A stretch of DNA of 64,000 nucleotides from Candidatus Omnitrophota bacterium (lineage in GTDB: Bacteria > Omnitrophota > Gorgyraeia > Aquiviventales > JACQRC01): NCBI GenBank assembly GCA_016206665.1, contig JACQRC010000100.1, forward strand, positions 33 through 64,032, given 5' to 3'. Every line of letters starts with the position of its first letter. The stretch's first letter is position 1. Both the position numbers and the translations under genes were made by a program. Below the pieces are notes generated by a model. The model was not told the origin of the DNA. It saw only the letters and a program-made list of their open reading frames with translations, and searched no databases. Shown here in pieces: positions 52,077-60,899 of this stretch.

Positions 52077-53224
52077 GAGTGCCCTACGCGTACCTCGACC
52101 AGCAATTTGCCGATGCGGAGGCCTACTTCAAAGACCTGCGCCGGCTCGTCGCCAGCGGCGAGTTCACGCTCGGGCCCTTTGTGGAAGAGTTCGAGCATAA
52201 GTTCGCCGCGTATCTCGGTGTCAAGCATGCCATCGGCACCAACACCGGCACCGACGCGCTGATGCTGGCACTCAAGGCGGTGGGCGTGCAGCCGGACGAT
52301 GAGGTGATCACCGTCCCCAACACCTTTATCGCCACCGTGGGCGCCGTCATCGCGGCAGGCGCGCGGCCGGTCTTTGTCGATAGCGATGACCGGTACCAGA
52401 TCGACGTGACGAAGATCGCCGCGGCGATCACGCCGCGCACCCGCGCCATCGTGCCGGTCCATTGGGGCGGCTGCCCGGCGGACATCGAAGCGGTGCTGGC
52501 CATCGCCAACGAGCGCGGCCTCGCCGTCGTCGAAGACGCCTGCCCGGCCGTGGGCGCGCGGGTGCGCGGGCGCAGCGTCGGCACCTTTGGGCGGGTGAAT
52601 GCCTTCAGCTTGCATCCGCTCAAGCCGCTCAATGTCTGGGGTGACGGTGGCGTGGCGGTGACCGACGACGATAAAGCGGCCGCCTGGCTGCGGCTCTACC
52701 GTAACCACGGGCTGCGCGACCGGGACCACGTCGAGCTCTGGGGCGTCAACACCCGGCTGCAGCCGGTGCAGGCGGTGGTGGCCAGCCGCCTCATGGGCCA
52801 GATTCCGGAGATTGTCGCCACGCGCATCAGAAACGCCCACCGGCTCGACGCGGGTCTGGCCGATCTGGCCGGTTCGGTGCGCGTGCCGCGCCGCCCCGAG
52901 GGCTACCGTGAGGTGTATCAGCTCTATCTCATCAGCGTGGAGCGCCGGGATGCGCTGCTCGCCTTCCTGACGAAGCAGGGCATCGAGGCGAAGGTGCACT
53001 ATCCTGTGCCGCTGCATCTGCAGGAGGCCGCCGCCACCCTCGGCTACCGGCGCGGCGATTTTCCGGTCTGCGAGCGGCAGGCGGACGAGGTCCTGACCCT
53101 ACCGGCGCACCAGCACCTCACGGCCCGGCAGATCGACTACATCATTGAGGCCATCCACGCTTTCTACCGGCGGCCGGTGCACACGCGCCGGCCGGCTTCC
53201 GCCGGCGCAGGGATGGCGTCATGA
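52073..53224 (+). CDS. DegT/DnrJ/EryC1/StrS-family sugar aminotransferase
   Basis: 383 aa. ATGA overlap with the upstream gene. GEFTLGPFVEEFEHKFAAYLG. GTDALMLAL. FSLHPLKPLNVWGDGG (Lys). Confidence 0.85.
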   Translation: MRVPYAYLDQQFADAEAYFKDLRRLVASGEFTLGPFVEEFEHKFAAYLGVKHAIGTNTGTDALMLALKAVGVQPDDEVITVPNTFIATVGAVIAAGARPVFVDSDDRYQIDVTKIAAAITPRTRAIVPVHWGGCPADIEAVLAIANERGLAVVEDACPAVGARVRGRSVGTFGRVNAFSLHPLKPLNVWGDGGVAVTDDDKAAAWLRLYRNHGLRDRDHVELWGVNTRLQPVQAVVASRLMGQIPEIVATRIRNAHRLDAGLADLAGSVRVPRRPEGYREVYQLYLISVERRDALLAFLTKQGIEAKVHYPVPLHLQEAAATLGYRRGDFPVCERQADEVLTLPAHQHLTARQIDYIIEAIHAFYRRPVHTRRPASAGAGMAS

Positions 53225-54180
53225 GCCACGAAGGCGCGTTGTCCGCTGAGGTGCGACGACGGCTGTATTATCGGCTGCGCCTGCTGCGGCAGGTGGAGGA
53301 ACGGATTGTTGCGGACTACCATCATAAAGAGATGCGTTCGCCGCCGCACCTCTACATCGGCCACGAGGCCGTGGCCGTCGGGGTCTGTACGGCCCTGCGA
53401 GCCGATGATCTGGTATTTCCGTATTATCGTTCCCACGGATGGTACCTGGCGAAGGGTGGGGAGCTGAAGGCACTCATGGCAGAACTCTTTGGCCGCGAGA
53501 CGGGATGTAGTAAAGGATGGGGCGGGTCGATGCACGTGATCGACCTCAAGGCCGGTGTCATGGGCACCTCCGCCATCGTCGGGGGGACGATCTCCCATGC
53601 CCTCGGAGCGGCGCTCGCCCTCCGGATGCAAGGCAAGACCTCCGTCGTCGCCGTCAGCTTCGGCGATGGCGCCACGGAAGAGGGCGTGTTTCACGAGGCG
53701 CTGAACTTTGCTACCTTGCGTCGGCTGCCCATCTTATTTGTCTGCGAGAATAATCTCTACTCGACCAACACCCATATCCGAGATCGACAGGCACAGCTCG
53801 ATATTTATCGCCGCGCGGAAGGGTATGGGTTACCCGGCCATCTCGTTGATGGTAATGACGTCGTGGCGGTGTATGGCGAGGCGGCCCAGGCGATTGCGCG
53901 AGCCCGGAGCGGTGGCGGGCCGACGTTGCTGGAATGCCGCACCTACCGTGTGCTGGAGCACTGCGGCGTTAACGCAGACGACGACCTCGGCTATCGAACA
54001 GCCAATGAGGTCGCGCAGTGGCGGGCGAGGGATCCATTAACACAGGCTCGGCATCTCGTCGCGGGGAACGAGGCAGAGCGCATCGTCGAGGAGATTCGTG
54101 TCAGCGTTGACGAGGCCTTCGCCGACGCCCGGTCTTCGCCATTTCCCGCCTCGCTGGTTCCTGAGGGGGCGCGGCCATGA
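53221..54180 (+). CDS. Thiamine-diphosphate-dependent dehydrogenase E1 component, alpha subunit-like
   Basis: 319 aa. ATGA overlap with the upstream gene. YRLRLLRQVEERI...YIGHEAVAVG...YRSHG. ThDP motif GDGATEEGVFHEALNFATLRRLPILFVCENN. Confidence 0.8.
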   Translation: MSHEGALSAEVRRRLYYRLRLLRQVEERIVADYHHKEMRSPPHLYIGHEAVAVGVCTALRADDLVFPYYRSHGWYLAKGGELKALMAELFGRETGCSKGWGGSMHVIDLKAGVMGTSAIVGGTISHALGAALALRMQGKTSVVAVSFGDGATEEGVFHEALNFATLRRLPILFVCENNLYSTNTHIRDRQAQLDIYRRAEGYGLPGHLVDGNDVVAVYGEAAQAIARARSGGGPTLLECRTYRVLEHCGVNADDDLGYRTANEVAQWRARDPLTQARHLVAGNEAERIVEEIRVSVDEAFADARSSPFPASLVPEGARP

Positions 54181-55202
54181 AATTCCGTGAAGCGATTCGC
54201 GCGGCCACGCTGCAGGCCATGGAGCTCGACCCCGCCGTCTTTCTGATCGGTGTCGGAATTACCGACCCGCGGGCGGTGTGGGGCACGCTCTCCGGCGCGT
54301 TGCAGCAGTTCGGCCCTGGGCGGGTCATCGAGGGTCCGCTGGCCGAGGAGGCGCTGACCGGCATCTGCGTCGGTGCCGCCACCATGGGCCTGCGGCCGCT
54401 GCTCATCCATCACCGCGTGGACTTCGTCATGCTCTCGATGAATCAACTGGTCAACCACGCCGCCAAATGGCGGCAGATGTTTGGCATGCAGCAGACGGTG
54501 CCGATGGTCGTGCGCGCAGTGGTCGGGCGCGGCTGGGGTAACGGACCGCAGCACACGCAAAGCCATCACGCCCTCTTCGCTCATATTCCCGGCCTGAAGG
54601 TGCTCGTGCCTGCCAACCCGTACGACGCCAAGGGGCTGCTCCTCGCGGCATTGCGTGACGAGGATCCGGTCATCTACATTGAGCACCGCTGGCTCCACGA
54701 AGACGACGCGCCGGTGCCCGAGGCGTACTATCTGACCCCCATCGGCAAGGCCGCCGTCGTGCGTCCGGGCACCGATGTGACGATCGTCGCAGTTGGGCCG
54801 ATGGTCCCAGAGTCCTTGAAGGCGGCTGCGGCACTCGAGCCGACGGGTCTCTCCGCTGAAGTGATTGATGTGAGGACCCTACGGCCCTTGGATCTCGAGG
54901 CGGTGCTGCAGTCGGTGACGAAAACCGGGCGACTGGTCGTGGCCGATTCCGACTGGGGACCGTGCGGGATCGCAGGGGAGATCATCGCGCGCGTGGCTGA
55001 AGCGGCGCACGACGCGCTCAAAGCCAGGCCGGTCCGGATCACCTGGCCGGACAGCGCAGTGCCCAGCAGCCAGGCGATTGAGGCCCGGTTCTATCCCGGG
55101 GCGGCCGAGATCCAAGCGGCGATTCTGCAGACGGTCGCCCGGCAGCGTGACACCGAGCTGCTGGCGCCCAGCACGGTCAAGAAGTTCGACGGTCCGTTCT
55201 AA
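54177..55202 (+). CDS. Thiamine-diphosphate-dependent dehydrogenase E1 component, beta subunit-like (transketolase-like Pyr + C-terminal domains)
   Basis: 341 aa. ATGA overlap with the upstream gene. FREAIRAATLQAMELDPAVFLIGVG...VIEGPLAEEALTGICVGAA...EVIDVRTLRPLD. Confidence 0.8.
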   Translation: MKFREAIRAATLQAMELDPAVFLIGVGITDPRAVWGTLSGALQQFGPGRVIEGPLAEEALTGICVGAATMGLRPLLIHHRVDFVMLSMNQLVNHAAKWRQMFGMQQTVPMVVRAVVGRGWGNGPQHTQSHHALFAHIPGLKVLVPANPYDAKGLLLAALRDEDPVIYIEHRWLHEDDAPVPEAYYLTPIGKAAVVRPGTDVTIVAVGPMVPESLKAAAALEPTGLSAEVIDVRTLRPLDLEAVLQSVTKTGRLVVADSDWGPCGIAGEIIARVAEAAHDALKARPVRITWPDSAVPSSQAIEARFYPGAAEIQAAILQTVARQRDTELLAPSTVKKFDGPF

Positions 55203-55220
55203 GGAGACGCGGTTCCAGCG

Positions 55221-55934
55221 ATGCCCATGCTGCGCGAGCTGACTCACCGGGCGTCCGCGCGACGCCGGTCCCGCTACGTGGATTTCGTCAGCGCGGTCCA
55301 CACGCGCACCCGGCGCGACTACCTGCGGGAACGGGTAATCGGCGTGGACAAGGCCGCCTGCGCGACCATTGCCAAGCAGTTCGGCCGGGATTACTGGGAC
55401 GGTGAGCGCCAGTACGGCTACGGAGGCTACACCTATGACGGCCGCTGGCGTCCGGTCGCCGAGCAGATGGCTGCGTATTACCGGCTCAAGCCCGGCGACC
55501 GGATCCTCGATGTGGGCTGCGGCAAGGGATATCTGCTCTACGAGTTCACCCAGGTGCTGCCGGGGGCGCGCGTCGCGGGCCTGGATATCTCGGCCTACGC
55601 GATCGCGCACGCCAAGCCGGAGATCAAGCCGTTCCTGCGGCGGGGCCAGGCGGTCAAGCTGCCATATCCGGACCGCAGCTTCGACTTGGTCATGTCGATC
55701 AACGTGCTGCACAACCTCCACAACTATGAGTTGCGGCGCGCGCTGCAGGAGGTCGAACGGGTGGGCAAACGCCACACATGCGTCGTGGTGGATTCCTACC
55801 GGAATGAGCGGGAGAAAGTGAACCTGCTGTACTGGCAGTTGACCTGTGAGACATTCTACACGCCCAAGGAGTGGGAGTGGTTCTTCAAAGAGAGCGGCTA
55901 CACGGGCGATTACGGATTTGTCTTCTATGAATAG
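55221..55934 (+). CDS. Class I SAM-dependent methyltransferase
   Basis: 237 aa. DRILDVGCGKGYLL...LPYPDRSFDLVMSINVLHNL. Confidence 0.75.
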   Translation: MPMLRELTHRASARRRSRYVDFVSAVHTRTRRDYLRERVIGVDKAACATIAKQFGRDYWDGERQYGYGGYTYDGRWRPVAEQMAAYYRLKPGDRILDVGCGKGYLLYEFTQVLPGARVAGLDISAYAIAHAKPEIKPFLRRGQAVKLPYPDRSFDLVMSINVLHNLHNYELRRALQEVERVGKRHTCVVVDSYRNEREKVNLLYWQLTCETFYTPKEWEWFFKESGYTGDYGFVFYE

Positions 55935-55958
55935 CCTGCAGCGCGCGCGGAGACGACC

Positions 55959-56852
55959 ATGCACGTTGTGGTGACCGGAGCCGGCGGATTCATCGGGTCG
56001 CACCTGGTCCAGGCCCTGGCTGGTGAGGGTCATGAGGTGACGGCCGTGTACCGGCGGAGCCGGCCCGAATCCTGGCAGACCTTGCGGGCTGTGCGCTGGG
56101 TGCAGGCGGACCTGGCCCACGGTGCGGCGGAACTGCCCGCCGCGGAGGCCGTGGTGCACGCGGCGGCCCTGCACTACCAGTCGCAGCCGCGGCCGACGCC
56201 GGCGGACCTCGTGAGAGCCAACGTCCTGTCGACACTCCACCTCGCGGAATGGGCCAGGCGCTGTGCCGTGCGCTGCTTTATTCATCTGTCGACGGTGACG
56301 GTACACGGCACCGTGCAGGAGCCGCTCCTGACGGAGACCACCCCAGTGGTCGAGCCGGACCTGTACGGGGCGACGAAGTTTGCCGGGGAGCGGATATTAC
56401 AGGCCTACGGAGAGGCCTTTCCGGTGACCGTCTTGCGGCTGCCGGGGGTGGTGGGGTCCGGCACCGATGGACCGTGGCTCGGCCGCGTCCTGCGGCTGGC
56501 CCTGGCGCACGAGCCGATTGCCATCTACAACGGCGAGGTGTGGTTCAACAACGTGACCGATGTCACAGAGCTGGAGCACTTGGTGCTGCGGCTGTTGGAA
56601 CGTCCGCCGTCGGGTTACCGGGCCTTGCCGGTGGGAGCGGCCGAGCCGATGCGGTTGCGTGAGGTCGTCGAGTTGGTGGTGTCGGCGACCCGCTCACGTT
56701 CTGCCATCGTGGAAGCGCCAACGACCCGACGGTCATTTACCATTGATATCGATCCGCTGGTGTGCGCGACGGAATTTCAACCCTCCACGACCCGGGCGCT
56801 GGTCGAGCGGTACGTGAGGTCCAACTTGGGGCTTGCGGCACATGTGGCGTAA
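55959..56852 (+). CDS. NAD-dependent epimerase/dehydratase-family protein (SDR)
   Basis: 297 aa. MHVVVTGAGGFIGSHL. YGATKFAGE (YxxxK). Confidence 0.7.
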   Translation: MHVVVTGAGGFIGSHLVQALAGEGHEVTAVYRRSRPESWQTLRAVRWVQADLAHGAAELPAAEAVVHAAALHYQSQPRPTPADLVRANVLSTLHLAEWARRCAVRCFIHLSTVTVHGTVQEPLLTETTPVVEPDLYGATKFAGERILQAYGEAFPVTVLRLPGVVGSGTDGPWLGRVLRLALAHEPIAIYNGEVWFNNVTDVTELEHLVLRLLERPPSGYRALPVGAAEPMRLREVVELVVSATRSRSAIVEAPTTRRSFTIDIDPLVCATEFQPSTTRALVERYVRSNLGLAAHVA

Positions 56853-58017
56853 GCTGCGCACGGTGCTGGAGTCGGTGGTGGCCCTGGTGCCCCTGATGAT
56901 CGTGCGGGCGCTGCGGCCGCTCATGCTCATCCGCTTCGGACCGCTGCGCAGCGAACGGCTCGGCCATTTCGCGGCGAACACCGAACTGTATCTCTGCGAA
57001 CGGGAGGCGGGCCTGCATGGCCGGCGAACCTTGGACATCTTTTATCACACGCCGCCCATCTGCAATCGGCAGTTGGCGCGCATGTGGGAACGACGGCTGC
57101 GCGTCTGGAAGGCTGCGCGGTGGCTGGACCGGCTCAATCGGCGGCTGCCGGGCGGAGGCGCACACGTCATCCCGATGCCATCCGACATAGACATCCGGGG
57201 ACTGTTGCCGAAGATGCCGGCGCATCTGACATTTACACCGGAGGAGGAGGACCAGGCCCGCAAGGGGTTGCGCGCACTGAGCATTCCGGAGGGCGTACCG
57301 CTCGTGTGTCTCCACTCGCGTGATGCCGCCTACCTCGCGCAGGCCCTGCCGGGGAGCGACTGGGGGTATCACGACTTCAGGAATTCGTCCATCGCCAACT
57401 TTGTCCCTGCGGCCGAGGAGCTGGCGCGACGCGGCTACGTGGTCGTCCGCACCGGGGCCGCGGTGGAGCAGCCGATACCCTCGAATCATGCGCGGATTGT
57501 GGACTATGCCGTCTGCGGCCGGACGGCGCTGCTGGATGTCTATCTGGCCGCAGCGTGCCGGTTTTACCTGGGGGACACCTGCGGCTTCGATGCGCTGCCG
57601 CGCGTCTTCCGGAAGCCGCTGGCGGTCGTGAACGTGGTTCAACTGAGCAGCGCGCGGACTGAACAGGCGATCATCATTCTAAAGCAGTTCTGGTCGCGCG
57701 AGCTGCACCGGGCGCTGACCCTCGAGGAGATCTTCGCATCGCGCGCGGCCTGGTATGCGCGCCGCGAGCAGTTCGCGCAGGCCGGCATCGAGCTGATCGA
57801 GAATTCCGGCGAGGAGATCGCCGCCCTCGCCATCGAGATGGACGAGCGGCTGAACGGCACGTGGCAGGCGACGGCAGAGGATGCGCAGCTGCAGGCACGA
57901 TTTCAGGCGATCTTCGCGCCGCACATGACGGACGGCCTGCAGGCGCCGCGGCTCGGCGCGGCCTTTCTGCGGCAGCACCAGGCGTTGTTAGGCGACAGGG
58001 TGGCATGCGCATCATGA
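56842..58017 (+). CDS. Uncharacterised protein; possibly a glycosyltransferase-like family seen in sugar-modification loci
   Basis: ORF track starts at TTG 56833, with ATG at 56842. N-terminal LIRFGPLRSERLGHFAANTELYLCERE resembles, from memory only, proteins annotated as a TIGR04372-type putative glycosyltransferase. No catalytic motif verified. Confidence 0.35.
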   Translation: MWRKLRTVLESVVALVPLMIVRALRPLMLIRFGPLRSERLGHFAANTELYLCEREAGLHGRRTLDIFYHTPPICNRQLARMWERRLRVWKAARWLDRLNRRLPGGGAHVIPMPSDIDIRGLLPKMPAHLTFTPEEEDQARKGLRALSIPEGVPLVCLHSRDAAYLAQALPGSDWGYHDFRNSSIANFVPAAEELARRGYVVVRTGAAVEQPIPSNHARIVDYAVCGRTALLDVYLAAACRFYLGDTCGFDALPRVFRKPLAVVNVVQLSSARTEQAIIILKQFWSRELHRALTLEEIFASRAAWYARREQFAQAGIELIENSGEEIAALAIEMDERLNGTWQATAEDAQLQARFQAIFAPHMTDGLQAPRLGAAFLRQHQALLGDRVACAS

Positions 58018-59807
58018 GCCTGATTCGTGAGCTGTTCAAGAAATTCCCGGCTCTGCTGATCGGCAATATCGCCTTATTGGTCATCGAAAGCGCCCTCGCC
58101 ATCCTGGCGCTGTTCAGCATCGCGCCGGCGATCGATCTGTTCCTGGCGCCGAATCTCCAACAGGCCAGCCCCATCACGCGACACCTCGCTTCATGGATGC
58201 AGGCAGCGGGGTTGCCGGTGACACTGGCGAGTTGCCTGTTAGTGGCATTCGGACTGTTTGCGCTGAAGAACGGGCTGACCATCTTCATCCGGTACCGGCT
58301 GCTGCAGACGAAATACGCCGTGCTGCGGGAGCTGATGCTCGGGAGTTTCGAGGATTTCTTCAATGCGCGCTGGCTCTTCTTCAGCGGCCAAAGCCAGGGC
58401 ACGCTGCTCAACACCTTTCTGCGCGAGATGATGATGGTGGGGGATGCGTTTGGGGCGCTGGCCTGGCTGAGCGCGGCGGCCTTCCAGCTTGCTGGCACGT
58501 TGGTGGTACCGTGCGTGGTCTCGTGGCGGGTCACGGCGTGGAGCCTGGGTGCCGCGGTCCTCTTCGCCCTGCCCGGCTGGTGGTTGAGCCGTCTCAGTTA
58601 CCGATTGGGGCAGCAGAATGTCACGACCGCCAACCGCATCGGCGTCGTCATCCAGGAAAGTCTGGGCGCGGCCAAGGTCATCCTCGGCTTCGGGAATCCG
58701 GAGACGCAGCGCCGGCACCTGGGCCAGGCCTTTGACGCCCACCGTCGGGTGACGGTGCCGTCGCAGCTGATGAATGTGGCGACACCGCTCTTGTATGAGC
58801 CGTTTGGGCTGCTCGTGATCGTCATCGCGCTGGGCGTGGCACGACACTACGCGGTGCCCCTCGCGGACACCGCGGTGCTGCTGTGGGCGCTGCGCTCGTG
58901 CGTGCCATTGCTCGGGGCGATCACCATGCAGCGCAACGCCCTCGCGAACTTCGTGCCCAGTTACGAGCAGGTCCAGCGGTTGCGCGCGCAGGCGCAATCG
59001 TGGCGGCAGCCAACGGGGACACGGCCGTTTACCGGACTCCAGCGCGGGATGACCCTGGAGCGGCTGACCTTCACCTATCCGGGCCGCGAGGCGGCGCTGG
59101 TCGACGTGACCCTGCGGATCCCGCGTGGCCGGGTGGTGGCTATCGTGGGTGAGTCGGGCAGCGGTAAGTCGACCTTGCTGGATCTACTCCTCGGGCTGCA
59201 TGAACCGGCGGCAGGGCAGATCCTGGTGGATGATAGGCCGTTCGGCGAGCTCGACCTGCTGACCTTTCGCCGACGCGTCGGCTACGTGCCGCAGGACACG
59301 GTCTTGTTCAACCTCTCGGTGCGCGACAACCTGCGATGGGCTCATGCGGAGGCCACCAATGGGGAGATCGAGGAAGCCTGCCGGCGCGCGCATGCCGACG
59401 AATTCATCACGCGGTTGCCGCAGGGCTACGACACGCTGGTGGGTGACCGGGGGGTGCGCCTCTCGGGCGGGCAGTGTCAGCGGCTCGCGCTCGCGCGCGC
59501 CCTGGTGCGCCGGCCCGACCTGCTCATCCTCGATGAGGCGACGAGCGCGCTCGATACCCGCTCGGAACGCTTGATTCAGGAAGCCCTCGAAGCGTTAGGC
59601 GGCCAGACCACGGTGGTCGTGGTCGCGCATCGGCTGTCAACCATCGTCAACGCCGATCACATTTATGTCCTGGATCGCGGGCGTCTCGCTGAGGACGGCA
59701 CCTATGCCGAGCTCATGGGGCGCGATGGATTGTTCAAACTGATGGTGCAGCGCCAGGCGCTGGAGGCGGCGTCGCCGGAAGAGCCGGCGCTGTCGCGCGC
59801 GCCGTAA
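58014..59807 (+). CDS. ABC exporter, fused permease + ATPase (MsbA/PglK-type)
   Basis: ORF track starts at 57861. In-frame ATGs at 58005 and 58014, the latter overlapping the upstream stop (ATGA). Six N-terminal TM helices. Walker A GESGSGKST. Signature LSGGQCQRLALARAL. Walker B LLILDEATSALD. Confidence 0.85.
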   Translation: MSLIRELFKKFPALLIGNIALLVIESALAILALFSIAPAIDLFLAPNLQQASPITRHLASWMQAAGLPVTLASCLLVAFGLFALKNGLTIFIRYRLLQTKYAVLRELMLGSFEDFFNARWLFFSGQSQGTLLNTFLREMMMVGDAFGALAWLSAAAFQLAGTLVVPCVVSWRVTAWSLGAAVLFALPGWWLSRLSYRLGQQNVTTANRIGVVIQESLGAAKVILGFGNPETQRRHLGQAFDAHRRVTVPSQLMNVATPLLYEPFGLLVIVIALGVARHYAVPLADTAVLLWALRSCVPLLGAITMQRNALANFVPSYEQVQRLRAQAQSWRQPTGTRPFTGLQRGMTLERLTFTYPGREAALVDVTLRIPRGRVVAIVGESGSGKSTLLDLLLGLHEPAAGQILVDDRPFGELDLLTFRRRVGYVPQDTVLFNLSVRDNLRWAHAEATNGEIEEACRRAHADEFITRLPQGYDTLVGDRGVRLSGGQCQRLALARALVRRPDLLILDEATSALDTRSERLIQEALEALGGQTTVVVVAHRLSTIVNADHIYVLDRGRLAEDGTYAELMGRDGLFKLMVQRQALEAASPEEPALSRAP

Positions 59808-59837
59808 CGCGTGCTGAACCGATAAGGAGGGGGGATC

Positions 59838-60893
59838 GTGAACCGCTACACGTTCCTGGACGGCAAGAGCGTGCTGATCACCGGTGGCACGGGCTCCTTT
59901 GGCCAGAAGTTCACGGAGCTGCTGCTGCATGAGAGCCGGGTCAAGACGTTGCGCATCTACTCGCGCGACGAGCTCAAGCAGCACGAGATGAACCGGCGGC
60001 TCACCGATGAGCGGCTCCGTTTCCTCATCGGGGATGTCCGGGACAAGGAGCGGCTGAGCCGGGCCATGCGCGGCGTGGATTACGTCATCCATGCGGCGGC
60101 GCTCAAGCAGGTGCCGACCTGCGAGTACAACCCTTTCGAAGCCGTCAAGACCAACATCCTCGGCGCGGAGAACCTCATTGACGTGGCCATCGACTGCGGG
60201 GTGTCGCGGGTGATGGCCTTAAGCTCTGACAAGGCGGTCAACCCGGTCAACCTCTACGGGGCGACCAAACTCTGCGCGGAAAAGCTCTTCGTGCAGGGCA
60301 ACGCCTACGTTGGCTCCGGCGGCACGCGCTTCAGCTGCGCGCGCTACGGCAATGTCGTCGGCTCGCGAGGGAGCGTCATCCCCACCTTTTTGCACCAGCG
60401 GACGACCGGCACGGTGACGGTCACCGACCAGCGGATGACGCGATTCTGGATCACGCTGGAGGAGGGGGCTCGTTTCGTGCTCCGGTGCCTGGAGACGATG
60501 CACGGCGGCGAGATCTTCGTGCCCAAGATTCCGCGCATGAGCATCATGGATTTGGTGCAGGCCGTGGCCCCCGCGTGCGAGGTCAAGGTCACCGGTATCC
60601 GTCCGGGTGAAAAGCTGCACGAGCTCTTGATCTCGACGGATGAGGGGCGGCACACCCTCGAATTCGAAGACCACTTCGTCATCCAGCCGCTCCATCCGTG
60701 GTGGAAAGTGGAGAACTGGTCGGACGGGGTGCCCTTGGCGGACGGCTTCACATATGCCAGCAATACCTTTCCGGACCAGCTCAGCGTCGATGCGCTGCGG
60801 ACGATGGTGGCGGAGCAGGAGATCGAGCTGGAGCAGCGCGGCGGCGGGCCTGCCGCCGGCGTTGAGCGTGAGTCGGTGGAAGAGGAGGCGTAA
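59838..60893 (+). CDS. pseB: UDP-N-acetylglucosamine 4,6-dehydratase (inverting), PseB/FlaA1-like
   Basis: 351 aa. GTG start after AAGGAGGGG. SVLITGGTGSFGQKF...RIYSRDELKQHEM...FLIGDVRDKERL...HAAALKQVPTCEYNPFEAVKTNILGAENL...LSSDKAVNPVNLYGATKLCAEK. Confidence 0.8.
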   Translation: MNRYTFLDGKSVLITGGTGSFGQKFTELLLHESRVKTLRIYSRDELKQHEMNRRLTDERLRFLIGDVRDKERLSRAMRGVDYVIHAAALKQVPTCEYNPFEAVKTNILGAENLIDVAIDCGVSRVMALSSDKAVNPVNLYGATKLCAEKLFVQGNAYVGSGGTRFSCARYGNVVGSRGSVIPTFLHQRTTGTVTVTDQRMTRFWITLEEGARFVLRCLETMHGGEIFVPKIPRMSIMDLVQAVAPACEVKVTGIRPGEKLHELLISTDEGRHTLEFEDHFVIQPLHPWWKVENWSDGVPLADGFTYASNTFPDQLSVDALRTMVAEQEIELEQRGGGPAAGVERESVEEEA

Positions 60894-60899
60894 GGTTTC

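Noticed and set aside
53221-55202. E1 alpha/beta pair as part of a housekeeping pyruvate or branched-chain 2-oxoacid dehydrogenase complex
   Set aside because: No E2 or E3 genes are adjacent. Both subunits are translationally coupled to sugar aminotransferase genes inside the glycan operon. This cannot be fully excluded without the rest of the genome, so it is listed as the refutation criterion in the finding.
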